This document shows, in pieces, positions 1 to 9,165 of a stretch of 59,056 nt of DNA; position 1 is the first letter of the stretch; each line of letters starts with the position of its first letter. Below the pieces are notes generated by a model. The model did no database searches. It was not told the origin of the DNA and was given only the letters and a program-made list of their open reading frames with translations. Both the position numbers and the translations under genes were made by a program. Source of the stretch: an uncultured Clostridia bacterium (lineage in GTDB: Bacteria > Bacillota > Clostridia > Oscillospirales > Oscillospiraceae). The stretch is from the NCBI GenBank assembly GCA_946184165.1, contig CAMHEN010000001.1, positions 1 to 59,056 on the forward strand, in the 5' to 3' direction.

Positions 1-545
1 GTTGAGCTGTATTCATTCATGAGGTGCCCGTCGGGCAAAAGGTACCAGCAGTTGTATTCCCATCCAGCCGCGGGATGGGAGACCGTCTGGCCGACGAGGC
101 AGTAAATGTCAAATACGGCGCTCGGTTCACTGTTCTCCGTGATTTTGCCGAAAAGCAGCTCATCCACGCCGTCGCCGTTGATATCCCGCTGCAGCCAGCC
201 GAGGCGCATGTCCTGGGCGCGCTTAAAAATATCACTGACACCGAGCTCCTCCGGCGTATAGTCTGACCAGCCGGTCTGTATCCCCTCGACTGTTTTTCGG
301 ATGAGCTCCGCATAAGGTGCATAGAGCGCGGGCTCGGGTGATAACGCAGGCAGTTCCGGAGCGGGCTCCTCTACGGGTACAATGCCGCTGTCGTCGGCGG
401 GTTCTGCGGGCGGGGCAGACGACGGCTTCGGCGTCACAACAGGCTCCGGCGAGGGGATTGCCGCCTGCGCCGGGGTCTGCTTTCCACAGCCTGCCGTCAT
501 GAAAAGCAGCAGAAGAAGACAAAGAAGCCAAACCTGTTTTTTCAT
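1..545 (-). CDS. Secreted lipoprotein, C-terminus cut by the window edge
   Basis: Absent from the ORF track because it runs off the left edge. My reverse-complement translation from ATG 545..543 gives MKKQVWLLCLLLLLFMTAGCGKQTPAQAA...LQRDINGDGVDELLFGK...WEYNCWYLLPDGHLMNEYSS, with no stop down to position 1. Lipobox FMTAGC; GGAGG a few nt upstream of the ATG. Confidence 0.7.
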   Translation of the reverse strand, partial: MKKQVWLLCLLLLLFMTAGCGKQTPAQAAIPSPEPVVTPKPSSAPPAEPADDSGIVPVEEPAPELPALSPEPALYAPYAELIRKTVEGIQTGWSDYTPEELGVSDIFKRAQDMRLGWLQRDINGDGVDELLFGKITENSEPSAVFDIYCLVGQTVSHPAAGWEYNCWYLLPDGHLMNEYSS

Positions 546-556
546 ACCGTCCTCCG

Positions 557-1525
557 TCAATATCCGGGATCAGCCAGACTCCAGAGATAGAGCCTCTGGG
601 ACATGGGACTGTCCGGTGAATAGCCGCCGTTCGTATGCAGGGCGGCGTTGGAGACGACCGAGAAGGGGAGCGCCCCGGTCTCATACTCCGCGAGAAAAGC
701 CTCCTCCTGAAACAGCAGAACGCCGAGCGGGAGGTGGTAGTCGCTCGACACGATGGCGAGGGATTTGACCTGCGGGTATTTCTCCCGCAGAATGGCGGCG
801 GTAAATGCCGCGTTGTCGCCCGTGGTCATGGACCTGTCCTCGGTGATGATCCGCGTCCGGTCTACCCCGTGCTCTGCAAGCCAATCCGCCATAACGCCCG
901 CCTCGGTCACTGTGGGGTTCTGCCAGGCAGTCCCGCCGCCGGTCACCGCGATGCGCGCGTTGGGATATTTCTCCGCGCAGCGCAGCGCCGTCTCACAGCG
1001 CCCGCGCAGCTCCTCGCTCATAGAGCCGTCGGCGTGGAGCTGGAAGCCGAGGACCACGAGGCAGAGGCTCTCGTCCTCCGGCAGCCCGTCAGGCAGCACA
1101 CCCTCGTTTATTTCGAGCGCCGTGTTGACAAACGCCCAGAAGTCCATGATCTTTCCCCACAGCGCGCCGAGAGCGGGATCGGCGGCGTGAAGCGCATCCA
1201 GATCGCTTCGGATGGTCTCCCCTGCAGCCTCCTGCCGGTCGGCATAGGCATAGACCATATCGCTGACCAGGTTATAGGTCTTCTCGGTGTACCCCCGCGG
1301 CGGCAGGAAGGGTGTCGGCGCAGCTGTGGGTTCAGGTGTTATGACCGCAGTCTGCAGGGGCGCCGGTGCGGCGGTCTCGACTGGGGCGGTCACTGTCGGC
1401 GTCTGCACTGCGGGGGCGGGCGTAAAAGACCCGGCAGGGCTGATCCGGCGGAGAAACAAAAGGCCGGAGAGAATCAGGATGAGAAGCAGCAAAAGCAGCA
1501 GGGGAAACAAGGTTTTCCTTTTCAT
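557..1525 (-). CDS. DUF218/YdcF (SanA/ElyC-like) family protein with N-terminal membrane anchor
   Basis: ORF 557..1546. The likely start is ATG 1525 (MKRKTLFPLLLLLLL), behind GAGGAGG. The C-terminal domain (LVVLGFQLHADGSM, IAVTGGG, TEAGVMADWL, IVSSDYHLPL) matches the DUF218 pattern. Confidence 0.8.
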   Translation of the reverse strand: MKRKTLFPLLLLLLLILILSGLLFLRRISPAGSFTPAPAVQTPTVTAPVETAAPAPLQTAVITPEPTAAPTPFLPPRGYTEKTYNLVSDMVYAYADRQEAAGETIRSDLDALHAADPALGALWGKIMDFWAFVNTALEINEGVLPDGLPEDESLCLVVLGFQLHADGSMSEELRGRCETALRCAEKYPNARIAVTGGGTAWQNPTVTEAGVMADWLAEHGVDRTRIITEDRSMTTGDNAAFTAAILREKYPQVKSLAIVSSDYHLPLGVLLFQEEAFLAEYETGALPFSVVSNAALHTNGGYSPDSPMSQRLYLWSLADPGY

Positions 1526-1535
1526 AGCCGCCTCC

Positions 1536-2849
1536 TCAGTATGCAAGGATACCGTCTATCCCATAATACCGGGCCATGTATTCATTTGCCCAGTCGTCGG
1601 GGTCTTCCGTGTTGAGGTAGTCGAGACCCGAAACCGCGCTGTACCGTGTATCGGGATAGGGGCGCGGCACCTGAACAATCCGCTCCCCGCTGTCGGCGCA
1701 GGCGATGATAAGCTCCTCATTATACCGGAGCTTCGCGTGGATGCGCAGGATGTCCGACACGCCGATCCCGACGGCGTACAGGCTGAAGAGGAAACAGACT
1801 GCGCAGAGTGCGGCGGTGATCCTGACGCCGCCCGATTCCATCAGCGGCGCCGCCAGCACGACGTTCGCCGCAATCAGCAGCACAAGGCCGATATACGTGC
1901 TGCGCCCCGCGGTGTACATCGCAAAGGTCAGCACAAAGTGTCCCGCTGCGGAGCCGAAGAGGTATACAAGGGACAGACGCCGCAGCTTTTTTGATACCCC
2001 CGCCCGGAGGCTCAGCATCCGGAACAGAACAAAGCTCAGCAAAAGCGGCCAGAAGCGGAGATAGAACCCGGCATTGTCTATAAAATTCTGAACCAGCACG
2101 TCAAAGCGAAACTCCGCAGACTTGTTCACGGTCTCCGCCGGGGCGAGCATCATATAGAAAAACCCCGCGAGTATCAGGGCAAGGGAGCAGATGAGCCAGC
2201 CCTGCGGCAGCTTCTTCTCCTCGAAAGCGAGCAGCAGAAGAAAGAGCAGCGCCATGGCCACCAGAGCTACGGTGGAGTTTTCGCTGTAAGCGCCGACAAA
2301 GAAGGAGAAAACGAGGTAGGCGATCTGAGCGGTCTTCGCGGGAGCTGCCCCCGTGAGATAGTGCCGCGCCCACGGAAGCAGCCAGAGCAGGCAGAAAACC
2401 CCGCACCAGAGATAATTGATCGAACCCGTGAGCCAGAGGAAGACCTGCCCGAAATCCGGCTGGAGGATCCAGAGACATCCGAAAACGGCGAGCTGGAGCA
2501 GGACATTGACCCTTCCGTCCCAAACGGCGATGCGGCAGATCAGCAAGACGAGGGCCGCAAAGAAGAGGGCGTTCATCAAGTCGAACATCCCCTTCGGCAG
2601 CAGCAGAAAGAGCTGTACGAGAAAATGTGCGATCACGCGCCCGTTCATGCTGGAGCGGTGTGCCTGCATGGACGGAAAGATCTGCCCGACGGCCGTGATC
2701 CGGCTTCCGTCGGCGTAGCTGAAGCAGTAGCGGTAATCATCCGCCACGAGGTCGGACATGTGGCTGCAGAAGAACATCAGCAGAAATATCGCCGAGAGAA
2801 TCAAGGCCGCCGCGGCCTTTGAACGGTTCAGAGAAGAGAACGTTTTCAC
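1536..2849 (-). CDS. Polytopic integral membrane protein, candidate GT-C-type glycosyltransferase (DUF6056-like)
   Basis: 437-aa ORF with a GTG start behind GAGGGGG. About 10 or more hydrophobic segments and an acidic DDYRY motif after TM1, as in GT-C enzymes. The family assignment is tentative. Confidence 0.55.
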   Translation of the reverse strand: MKTFSSLNRSKAAAALILSAIFLLMFFCSHMSDLVADDYRYCFSYADGSRITAVGQIFPSMQAHRSSMNGRVIAHFLVQLFLLLPKGMFDLMNALFFAALVLLICRIAVWDGRVNVLLQLAVFGCLWILQPDFGQVFLWLTGSINYLWCGVFCLLWLLPWARHYLTGAAPAKTAQIAYLVFSFFVGAYSENSTVALVAMALLFLLLLAFEEKKLPQGWLICSLALILAGFFYMMLAPAETVNKSAEFRFDVLVQNFIDNAGFYLRFWPLLLSFVLFRMLSLRAGVSKKLRRLSLVYLFGSAAGHFVLTFAMYTAGRSTYIGLVLLIAANVVLAAPLMESGGVRITAALCAVCFLFSLYAVGIGVSDILRIHAKLRYNEELIIACADSGERIVQVPRPYPDTRYSAVSGLDYLNTEDPDDWANEYMARYYGIDGILAY

Positions 2850-2862
2850 TCCGCGCCCCCTC

Positions 2863-3720
2863 TCAATTGCCGAAGACCCAGAGATGAGTCACGCCGAAGG
2901 CTTCCCGGATGAAGTAGTTGAGCATGACGAAGAAGTAGCCCCAGGGAGCGGCCACGCCTGCGGCGTCTGAAACACCCAGACTCTTCGCCATGAGCTTTGC
3001 GCGGTAGAGGTGGTAGGCGCTCGATACGATGGCGACCCTGCCCTCCGGCTCGTCTCCGAGAGAGCGGATGATCTCAAAGGAGAACTGCAGATTCTCCATG
3101 GTGGAGGTGGCCTTCGGCTCCATGATCACGCGCGCCGGGTCCACCTTGCGGGCAATCAGCCAGTCATACATGGCCTGCGCCTCGGTGATGCTTTCGCCCG
3201 GGCCCATGCCGCCGGAGACAATGGCGATGGCGTCGGGGTGCTCGTTCAGATACTGCAGCGTCCCCTCCAGACGCCGGATCAGGGTGAGGGAGGGCTGATC
3301 CTTGTAAACCGCGGCGCCGAGGACGATGAGATAATCCCGCCCGGCGTCCGCGTCTGTGCGGGCGTTTCTGATGATAAAGCTCTCCACAAAACAGAAGTAG
3401 CAGAGCCCAATGCACACCAGCGCCACGACGATCCGCCATAAGACGACTGGGAGAAAGCGATGCAGAAGCAGCAGCGCCGCGATAAAGAAGCAGATATAGC
3501 CCCACCAGGCATAGCCCCGCAGGGCAAAGCGCAGGAAGAGACCGGCACCCGAGAGAAGTCCCACCAGTACCGGGAGGTTTTTCCGGACGTGCCAGAACAC
3601 GATTCCCGCGCTCACAGCGCCGATGGCATAGGCATGGTAATGCAGTCCTGCCCCAAAGCGCAGCAGCAGGGCGACCGTCATCAAAATCGCCGCCCAGACG
3701 GCCCAGAGGTTTTTTTTCAT
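2863..3720 (-). CDS. Membrane-anchored DUF218/YdcF family protein
   Basis: ORF 2863..3726. ATG 3720 overlaps the ABC-F stop (ATGA). There are 4 N-terminal TM segments, then YLIVLGAAVY...IAIVSGGMGPGESITEAQAMYDWL...IVSSAYHLYRA (DUF218 signature). Confidence 0.8.
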   Translation of the reverse strand: MKKNLWAVWAAILMTVALLLRFGAGLHYHAYAIGAVSAGIVFWHVRKNLPVLVGLLSGAGLFLRFALRGYAWWGYICFFIAALLLLHRFLPVVLWRIVVALVCIGLCYFCFVESFIIRNARTDADAGRDYLIVLGAAVYKDQPSLTLIRRLEGTLQYLNEHPDAIAIVSGGMGPGESITEAQAMYDWLIARKVDPARVIMEPKATSTMENLQFSFEIIRSLGDEPEGRVAIVSSAYHLYRAKLMAKSLGVSDAAGVAAPWGYFFVMLNYFIREAFGVTHLWVFGN

Positions 3721-5594
3721 TCGCACAGCGCCTCCCAGCGCTCATACAGCTCCATAAGAGCTGCCTCCTGTTCTTCTTTCCCGGCGGCGATTTCCATGAG
3801 CTTCTGGTAGTCGCTGCCGTTTGCCTCGGCCTCCCGGTCCAGCACCGCGATCTTCTCCTCGAGCTTTGCAATCTCGCGCTCCAGCTTCTGGATGGCTTTG
3901 TCATTGTTCTTCGTACGCTCGGGCCTGCTCCTCTTCTCCGGGGGCTTTTCCCGTTCGCGCTGCTTTTCGATCTGTGTCACGAGGGCCTGTCGATCCCGCC
4001 AGGCGCGGAATTCACTGTAGCTGCCGCGGTAGTCCGTGATCTGCCCGTCCCGGAGCTCCCAGACGCGGGTGGCAAACTTTTCAATGAAATATCGGTCGTG
4101 GGACACAAAGAGAAGCGTCTGCTCATAATCCGAAAGGGCGTCCTCCATCCACTCGCGGCTTGCGATATCCAAATGGTTCGTCGGCTCGTCGAGGATCAGA
4201 AAGTTGATGTCCCCGCCCATCAGCATGCAAAGGCGCAGGCGGCTCTTCTCGCCGCCGGACAGAGCGCCCACTGGGGTCAGCACATCCTCTCCCCGGAAGC
4301 CGAAGGCGGCAAGGCGGTCGCGGGCCTGCTGGGGCTCGCACCTGCAGTCATAGAGCATGGTGTCGAGGGCGGAGCGCTGTTCATTGGAAAAGCCTACAAG
4401 CTGCGGCAGATAAGCCGTGCGCACCGTGGGCCCGAGATAGAGCCAGCCCTTGTCCGGCTTCTCGAGATTCAGAATGAGCTTGACCAGCGTGGATTTCCCC
4501 GTCCCGTTGTCGCCGACAAGGGCGATGCGCTCCCCGCCGGTCACCAGCATGTCGAGACCGGAGAAGAGGGTGCGGCCGCCGAAGGACTTCTCGAGCCCGT
4601 CCATGACCAGCACCTCGTCGCCTACAAATTCACGTTCCTTGAATTTCACGGTGAGCTTTCGCTGCTGGGTGGGCTTTTCGCTGTGGCTGAGCTTTTCGAT
4701 ACGCTTTTCCATGGAGAAGGCCCGCTTGTGGAGCTTGTCGTTGCCCATGAAGGCCCAGAGATGCATCTGTTCGGCCGCGCGGGTGAGCTGTTCGATCTTG
4801 GCCTGGTCGCGCTCGTATTTCTTGAGCTTCTCCTCAAAGCGGTGCTGTCGCTCTTCCACGTAGAAGCTGTAGTTGCCGCTGTAGAATTCGGCTTTGCCCT
4901 CATTGATTTCAATGCAGCGCTGCACAACCTTGTCGAGAAAATAGCGGTCATGGCTGATGGCGAGGACGGTGCCCTTGAAGCGCAGGAGATAATCCTCCAG
5001 CCACTCGGTGGCCCGAAGGTCGAGATGGTTCGTCGGCTCGTCCAGCAGCAGAATATCCGTATTCTCCAGAATGAGGCGCGCAAGGTTCACTCTTGTCTTC
5101 TCCCCGCCGGAGAGGGAGGAAAAGTCCTGCGCCAGCATGGCGGGGGAGATGTCAAGGCCATTTGCGACTCTCGCCCTGTCCACGTCCATCTCATACCCAC
5201 CGAGCCTTTGATAGTCCTCCTGCAGACGGTCATACTCCCGCAGCAGAGCGGGGGACTGGTCGTGCTCCATGCGTTCGGTGAGCTCCTCCATGCGCCCGCT
5301 GATGTCGTAGAGGCGGCGGTGGGCGTCCTTCAGGACCATCTCCGTGGTCCAGTCCTCAGGATAGACGGGGATCTGGGAGATGAGGCCGAGGCGCTTTCCC
5401 GGCGCCATGGCGATCTCTCCTTCGTCCGCGCGGAGCTCTCCGGTCAGGATGCGGAAAAGTGTGGTTTTCCCACAGCCGTTGTGGCCCAGAATGCCGATGC
5501 GCTCCCCGGCGGTGACGGAAAAGCTGAGGCCGTCCAGGACGTTTTTCCCGACCTCAAAGGATTTAACAAGATTGTTGACGGATAAATCTGTCAT
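3717..5594 (-). CDS. ABC-F family ATPase (two ABC cassettes, inter-domain linker, C-terminal coiled coil; no TM domain)
   Basis: Two Walker A motifs (GHNGCGKTT, GDNGTGKST), two LSGGE signatures, two Walker B motifs (LLLDEPTNHLD, LILDEPTNHLD), and a K/E-rich C-terminal tail. Whether it is a housekeeping translation factor or an antibiotic-resistance ARE cannot be decided from the sequence alone. Confidence 0.85.
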   Translation of the reverse strand: MTDLSVNNLVKSFEVGKNVLDGLSFSVTAGERIGILGHNGCGKTTLFRILTGELRADEGEIAMAPGKRLGLISQIPVYPEDWTTEMVLKDAHRRLYDISGRMEELTERMEHDQSPALLREYDRLQEDYQRLGGYEMDVDRARVANGLDISPAMLAQDFSSLSGGEKTRVNLARLILENTDILLLDEPTNHLDLRATEWLEDYLLRFKGTVLAISHDRYFLDKVVQRCIEINEGKAEFYSGNYSFYVEERQHRFEEKLKKYERDQAKIEQLTRAAEQMHLWAFMGNDKLHKRAFSMEKRIEKLSHSEKPTQQRKLTVKFKEREFVGDEVLVMDGLEKSFGGRTLFSGLDMLVTGGERIALVGDNGTGKSTLVKLILNLEKPDKGWLYLGPTVRTAYLPQLVGFSNEQRSALDTMLYDCRCEPQQARDRLAAFGFRGEDVLTPVGALSGGEKSRLRLCMLMGGDINFLILDEPTNHLDIASREWMEDALSDYEQTLLFVSHDRYFIEKFATRVWELRDGQITDYRGSYSEFRAWRDRQALVTQIEKQREREKPPEKRSRPERTKNNDKAIQKLEREIAKLEEKIAVLDREAEANGSDYQKLMEIAAGKEEQEAALMELYERWEALCE

Positions 5595-5607
5595 GACGGT
5601 TTGTTCC

Positions 5608-6918
5608 TTACATGTTTTTCACGGCCCACTGCAAAACCTCGTTCGTGATGCCGCCGGCCTTGCTGAGACCGAAGCCCCCGCGCTCAATGAGCGTCACAAA
5701 GGCGTAGGGATGTGCCTCATCATCCAGAAAGCCCACGAACCAGGAGTGAGACGCCCCATCCCCGAGCTCCGCCGTGCCGGTCTTGGCGCAGAGGGGGAGT
5801 CCCGGGAAGTTCACGTCCGCCTCGTAGTGGGTGACGGCGTTGTTTCGCATCATGCGTTTGAGCCTGTCGGCGGTGCCGGGCTTTACAAGCTCGGTAATCA
5901 CGGGCGTCTCATCGGGGAGAAAATGCGGTTCAATCAGTATGCCGCCGTTTGCCACCGCGCAGAGGAAGCGCAGCATGGAGTAGGGGACCACCATATCGGT
6001 GCTCTGTCCGATGCCGGACCAGCCCGTCTCCGGGTCGCCGACGAATTCAAGCGGGTAGCTGCCCTTCGCCGTGGGGAGGCCGTCCAGACTGTGCCCGTCG
6101 AGAAAACCGTAATCCCGCACGTATTGAATCAACGTGTCCTGTCCGAGAGAGACTGCGATCTGGGCGAAGGCCACGTTGCAGGAGTTTGCCAGCGCCTGGT
6201 CGAAATTCTGGGTGTAGTGGCTCGCAACGCAGATGAAGGGGACGCCCGCGATCTCATACTCGTCCTCGCAATACCAGCGGCGGCTGTCGATATCGGGGAT
6301 GCGCTCGATGGCGGCGGCCGCGGTGATGAGCTTGAAGATGGACCCCGGCGTGAAGGAAGCCGAGATACAGCGGTTGATAAACGCGCCATCCCGCTGTTCA
6401 CCGCTGCTGTCGAGCGGGTCCACTGAAGGCGTGGATACCATGCCCAGCATTTCCCCGGTGCGGTAGTTGCACACCAGCATGCAGCCGCTGGCCCACTCAC
6501 CGATGGATTCATAGATGCGGTTATTGAGTCTCGCGTCATAAGTGAGGGAGAGCTGCTTGCTCGTCCCGGCGTGGGTGGTTCCGGTCAGCAGGCTGAAGCC
6601 CTGCATGTTGTCCCAAAGGCGGGAGAGGATCCCGGTGCCGGTGCGGCCCCAGTAGTCGCCGGTTACGTGGTAGTTTGCGGCGCGGGTAATGCGGTCCGGG
6701 GAGTAGGTGCTCCGCGTCTCGTCGAAGTAGGCGAGAGTGATGCCGTTGCGGTCCACGATATGACCGACGGCGCCGGAGTTTGCGCGGGAGAAGTAGAGCG
6801 CCCAGTTTTCGCCATGCTCCACATAGCGCACCACATAGACCCCCATGCCGCAAACCACAAGAGCCGCAATCAAAAGCACGGAGAAAGCGCGATTCGTTAT
6901 TTTTCTCGTGGCTGCCAC
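5608..6918 (-). CDS. Class B penicillin-binding protein / peptidoglycan D,D-transpeptidase (PbpA/PBP2-like)
   Basis: N-terminal TM anchor, SxxK motif (SIFK), a KTG motif (KTGTAE), and position directly downstream of the SEDS gene. The start (GTG 6918) is uncertain. Confidence 0.8.
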   Translation of the reverse strand: MAATRKITNRAFSVLLIAALVVCGMGVYVVRYVEHGENWALYFSRANSGAVGHIVDRNGITLAYFDETRSTYSPDRITRAANYHVTGDYWGRTGTGILSRLWDNMQGFSLLTGTTHAGTSKQLSLTYDARLNNRIYESIGEWASGCMLVCNYRTGEMLGMVSTPSVDPLDSSGEQRDGAFINRCISASFTPGSIFKLITAAAAIERIPDIDSRRWYCEDEYEIAGVPFICVASHYTQNFDQALANSCNVAFAQIAVSLGQDTLIQYVRDYGFLDGHSLDGLPTAKGSYPLEFVGDPETGWSGIGQSTDMVVPYSMLRFLCAVANGGILIEPHFLPDETPVITELVKPGTADRLKRMMRNNAVTHYEADVNFPGLPLCAKTGTAELGDGASHSWFVGFLDDEAHPYAFVTLIERGGFGLSKAGGITNEVLQWAVKNM

Positions 6919-8606
6919 ACCTCCCAGTCGGAAAGATCGTCCTCACCGTCTGTGTCCTGAGACGCCGCCCGGACGGCAAAGCTCGCCTCACGGCGGTTGT
7001 CCGCGCTCTTGATGAAGGCCATCAGCATCCAGCAGCACAGAAGCGAGGTGCCGCCGCGGGACACAAAGGGGAACGTGACGCCCGTGAAGGGCAGGATATC
7101 CAGCGAACCAAACACATTCATCGCGAGCTGTACGAGCAGCATGCTCATGGAGGCGCAGGCTGCGATGGAGTAGTAGGCGGACCGCCCGTGTCTTGCCGTT
7201 CGCACCGCGAAGAGGGCAAGCACCAGCATGGCCGTCACCATGATGACGCCGATGATGAGCCCCTGCTCCTCGCACACTACGGCAAAAACCATGTCGGTGT
7301 TCGCGGCGAAAATATCCTTGAGCCAGCCGGCCCCGGCCCCCTTGCCGTAAAGACCTCCGGAGGCGGCGGCGGACATGGCGCGCGACTGCTGAAAGCCTGC
7401 GCCGTAAATATCCTCCCACACATGGCCCCAGGTGGCAAAGCGATTGGCGATATAGGGCTTGATGCTCACGGCGAGAAAACCCGCCATGCCTGCACCCGTC
7501 ACGGCGAGGAATACCGTAGCCACGGAGCCGGAGCGCAGATAGGAGATCACAAGGAAGGTGACGAAGAAGATAAGTGCGGTGCCGAAGTCCCCGATCAGCG
7601 CGAGGGATACCACGCAGAAGGCGGAGAAAATGATGAACATGCGCAGATTTCGCCGGCTGAAGAGCTTGTCGAGCGTGGAGGCGCCCACATAGATATACCC
7701 AACCTTCACAAGCTCCGAGGGCTGAACGGAAAGTCCCCCGACCATGAGCCAGTTTCTCGCGCCGAGAACAGCGTCGCTGAAAGCGATGTTCACAAATAAC
7801 AGCATGATCGACCCGATCACAACAACGGAGCGGGCTGCCATGGTGCGCTCCAGATCCCGCAGCCACCAGCCGAGAAGGGCAAAGAGCACCACTGCCGCGA
7901 TCGTGAGCAAAAGCTGCTTCAAAAGATCGTCGGACGCGGAGGAGGCGGCGACAGACATGCCGAGGGATGTGAGATAGAACGCCAGGGTCTCGATCTCAAA
8001 CCCGGAGCGGTTGAGAAAGCGCATGAAATGATAACAACACCACTCCAGGGCGATCAGCGCGACAAAGGCCAGCGCGATGGCGAGAAGATTTTTGCTGCGC
8101 GGCGACAGGGCGTGCTGAAGCAGTAAGGATAACTGAAAGAGCGTGAGCTCAAGGAGCGTGCCGGCGGGGGAGACCCCATGCCCGGCCCGCGTGCGCCTGG
8201 AATCGAGCTTCTCGCGCTTTTCCGGAGTGACCGCGCGAAAGCGCAGCTTTTCACCGCCGATGTTGAGCACGTCCCCCGTTTCGACGGGCAGACCGGAGGC
8301 CCCGGCCTGGGCGTTCTGTATCCATACCCCGTGCCTTGAAAAGATATCGTATACACGCCAGCGGCCGCTGCTGCCGCGGCGGAGGACCGCGTGGGCACGG
8401 CTGACGCCCGGAGAGATCACACGCACGTCCGCGCTCAGAGAGCGGCCGATCAGGTTTTCCCAATGGGTGAGGGGATAGTTCTCACCATTGTATCGCAGAT
8501 AGCCCCATACCTCAGGCTCCGCATGTTCGGAGAGGAGGGAGCGGATGCAGCGCAGCAGAATGGCGATGGAAACGATGATCAGCACATATTTGCTCAAAGC
8601 CAGCAC
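6897..8606 (-). CDS. FHA-domain::SEDS (FtsW/RodA/SpoVE) fusion protein
   Basis: The N-terminus has one TM segment, then an FHA signature (IGRSLSADVRVISPGVSRAHAVLRR...WRVYDIFSRHGVWIQ...GDVLNIGGEKLRF). This is followed by about 10 TM segments with SEDS motifs (QPSELVK, TDMVFAVVCEEQG, PFTGVTFPFVSRGGTS). Confidence 0.85.
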   Translation of the reverse strand: MLALSKYVLIIVSIAILLRCIRSLLSEHAEPEVWGYLRYNGENYPLTHWENLIGRSLSADVRVISPGVSRAHAVLRRGSSGRWRVYDIFSRHGVWIQNAQAGASGLPVETGDVLNIGGEKLRFRAVTPEKREKLDSRRTRAGHGVSPAGTLLELTLFQLSLLLQHALSPRSKNLLAIALAFVALIALEWCCYHFMRFLNRSGFEIETLAFYLTSLGMSVAASSASDDLLKQLLLTIAAVVLFALLGWWLRDLERTMAARSVVVIGSIMLLFVNIAFSDAVLGARNWLMVGGLSVQPSELVKVGYIYVGASTLDKLFSRRNLRMFIIFSAFCVVSLALIGDFGTALIFFVTFLVISYLRSGSVATVFLAVTGAGMAGFLAVSIKPYIANRFATWGHVWEDIYGAGFQQSRAMSAAASGGLYGKGAGAGWLKDIFAANTDMVFAVVCEEQGLIIGVIMVTAMLVLALFAVRTARHGRSAYYSIAACASMSMLLVQLAMNVFGSLDILPFTGVTFPFVSRGGTSLLCCWMLMAFIKSADNRREASFAVRAASQDTDGEDDLSDWEVWQPREK

Positions 8607-8770
8607 ATAATCAGCAAGACCGCCCGTACGACCACCTCCTCACGCGATGCTCATTGCAATGAATATATGGAGCCGCAGCCAAGCCACGGCGCTGAGCCGC
8701 AAAGCGGCTCGGCGGAACGCCTTACGGCGTTTCGCTATTATAAAGTCATTATAACACACAGAAGGGCATA

Positions 8771-8799
8771 TTGACAACAGTGCCCGCGTCAACTAAAAT
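8771..8799 (+). promoter_or_regulatory. Sigma-A-type promoter (TTGACA-17-TAAAAT) immediately upstream of the NusG_II gene
   Basis: TTGACA at 8771-8776, a 17-nt spacer and TAAAAT at 8794-8799. The ATG at 8809 lies only 9 nt after the -10 element and no SD is visible. Confidence 0.45.
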
Positions 8800-8808
8800 A
8801 AGAACGCC

Positions 8809-9165
8809 ATGAAAAAACAGAATTTGGTTTGGATCCTGATCTTTACAGTGCTCGCCGCGGGCGGGCTGTTGTGGTATTTCTCACTCGGCCACGGGGTGGG
8901 AACGGTCGCCGTCGTCTCTGTCAACGGAGAGCAATTGGAAAGGATTGATCTCTCAAAAGTCAGAAAGGCTTATGACCTGGATATCACCACAGAGTATGGG
9001 CACAATATCGTGCATGTGGAGCCCGGCGCCATCTCGGTGTCGGAAGCCGACTGCCCCGATCAGATCTGTGTCTTTCAGGGAAAGCTCACGGGCAGCGGGA
9101 TACCCATCATCTGCATGCCGCACCGGCTCGTGATCGAGATTGAAGGCGGTGACCTGGATGCGTAA
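8809..9165 (+). CDS. NusG domain II-containing (DUF1312) membrane-anchored protein
   Basis: N-terminal TM segment, then ...HVEPGAISVSEADCPDQICVFQGKLTGSGIPIICMPHRLVIEIEG, the typical NusG_II motif. It is paired with a Gx transporter gene, as is usual. Confidence 0.75.
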   Translation: MKKQNLVWILIFTVLAAGGLLWYFSLGHGVGTVAVVSVNGEQLERIDLSKVRKAYDLDITTEYGHNIVHVEPGAISVSEADCPDQICVFQGKLTGSGIPIICMPHRLVIEIEGGDLDA

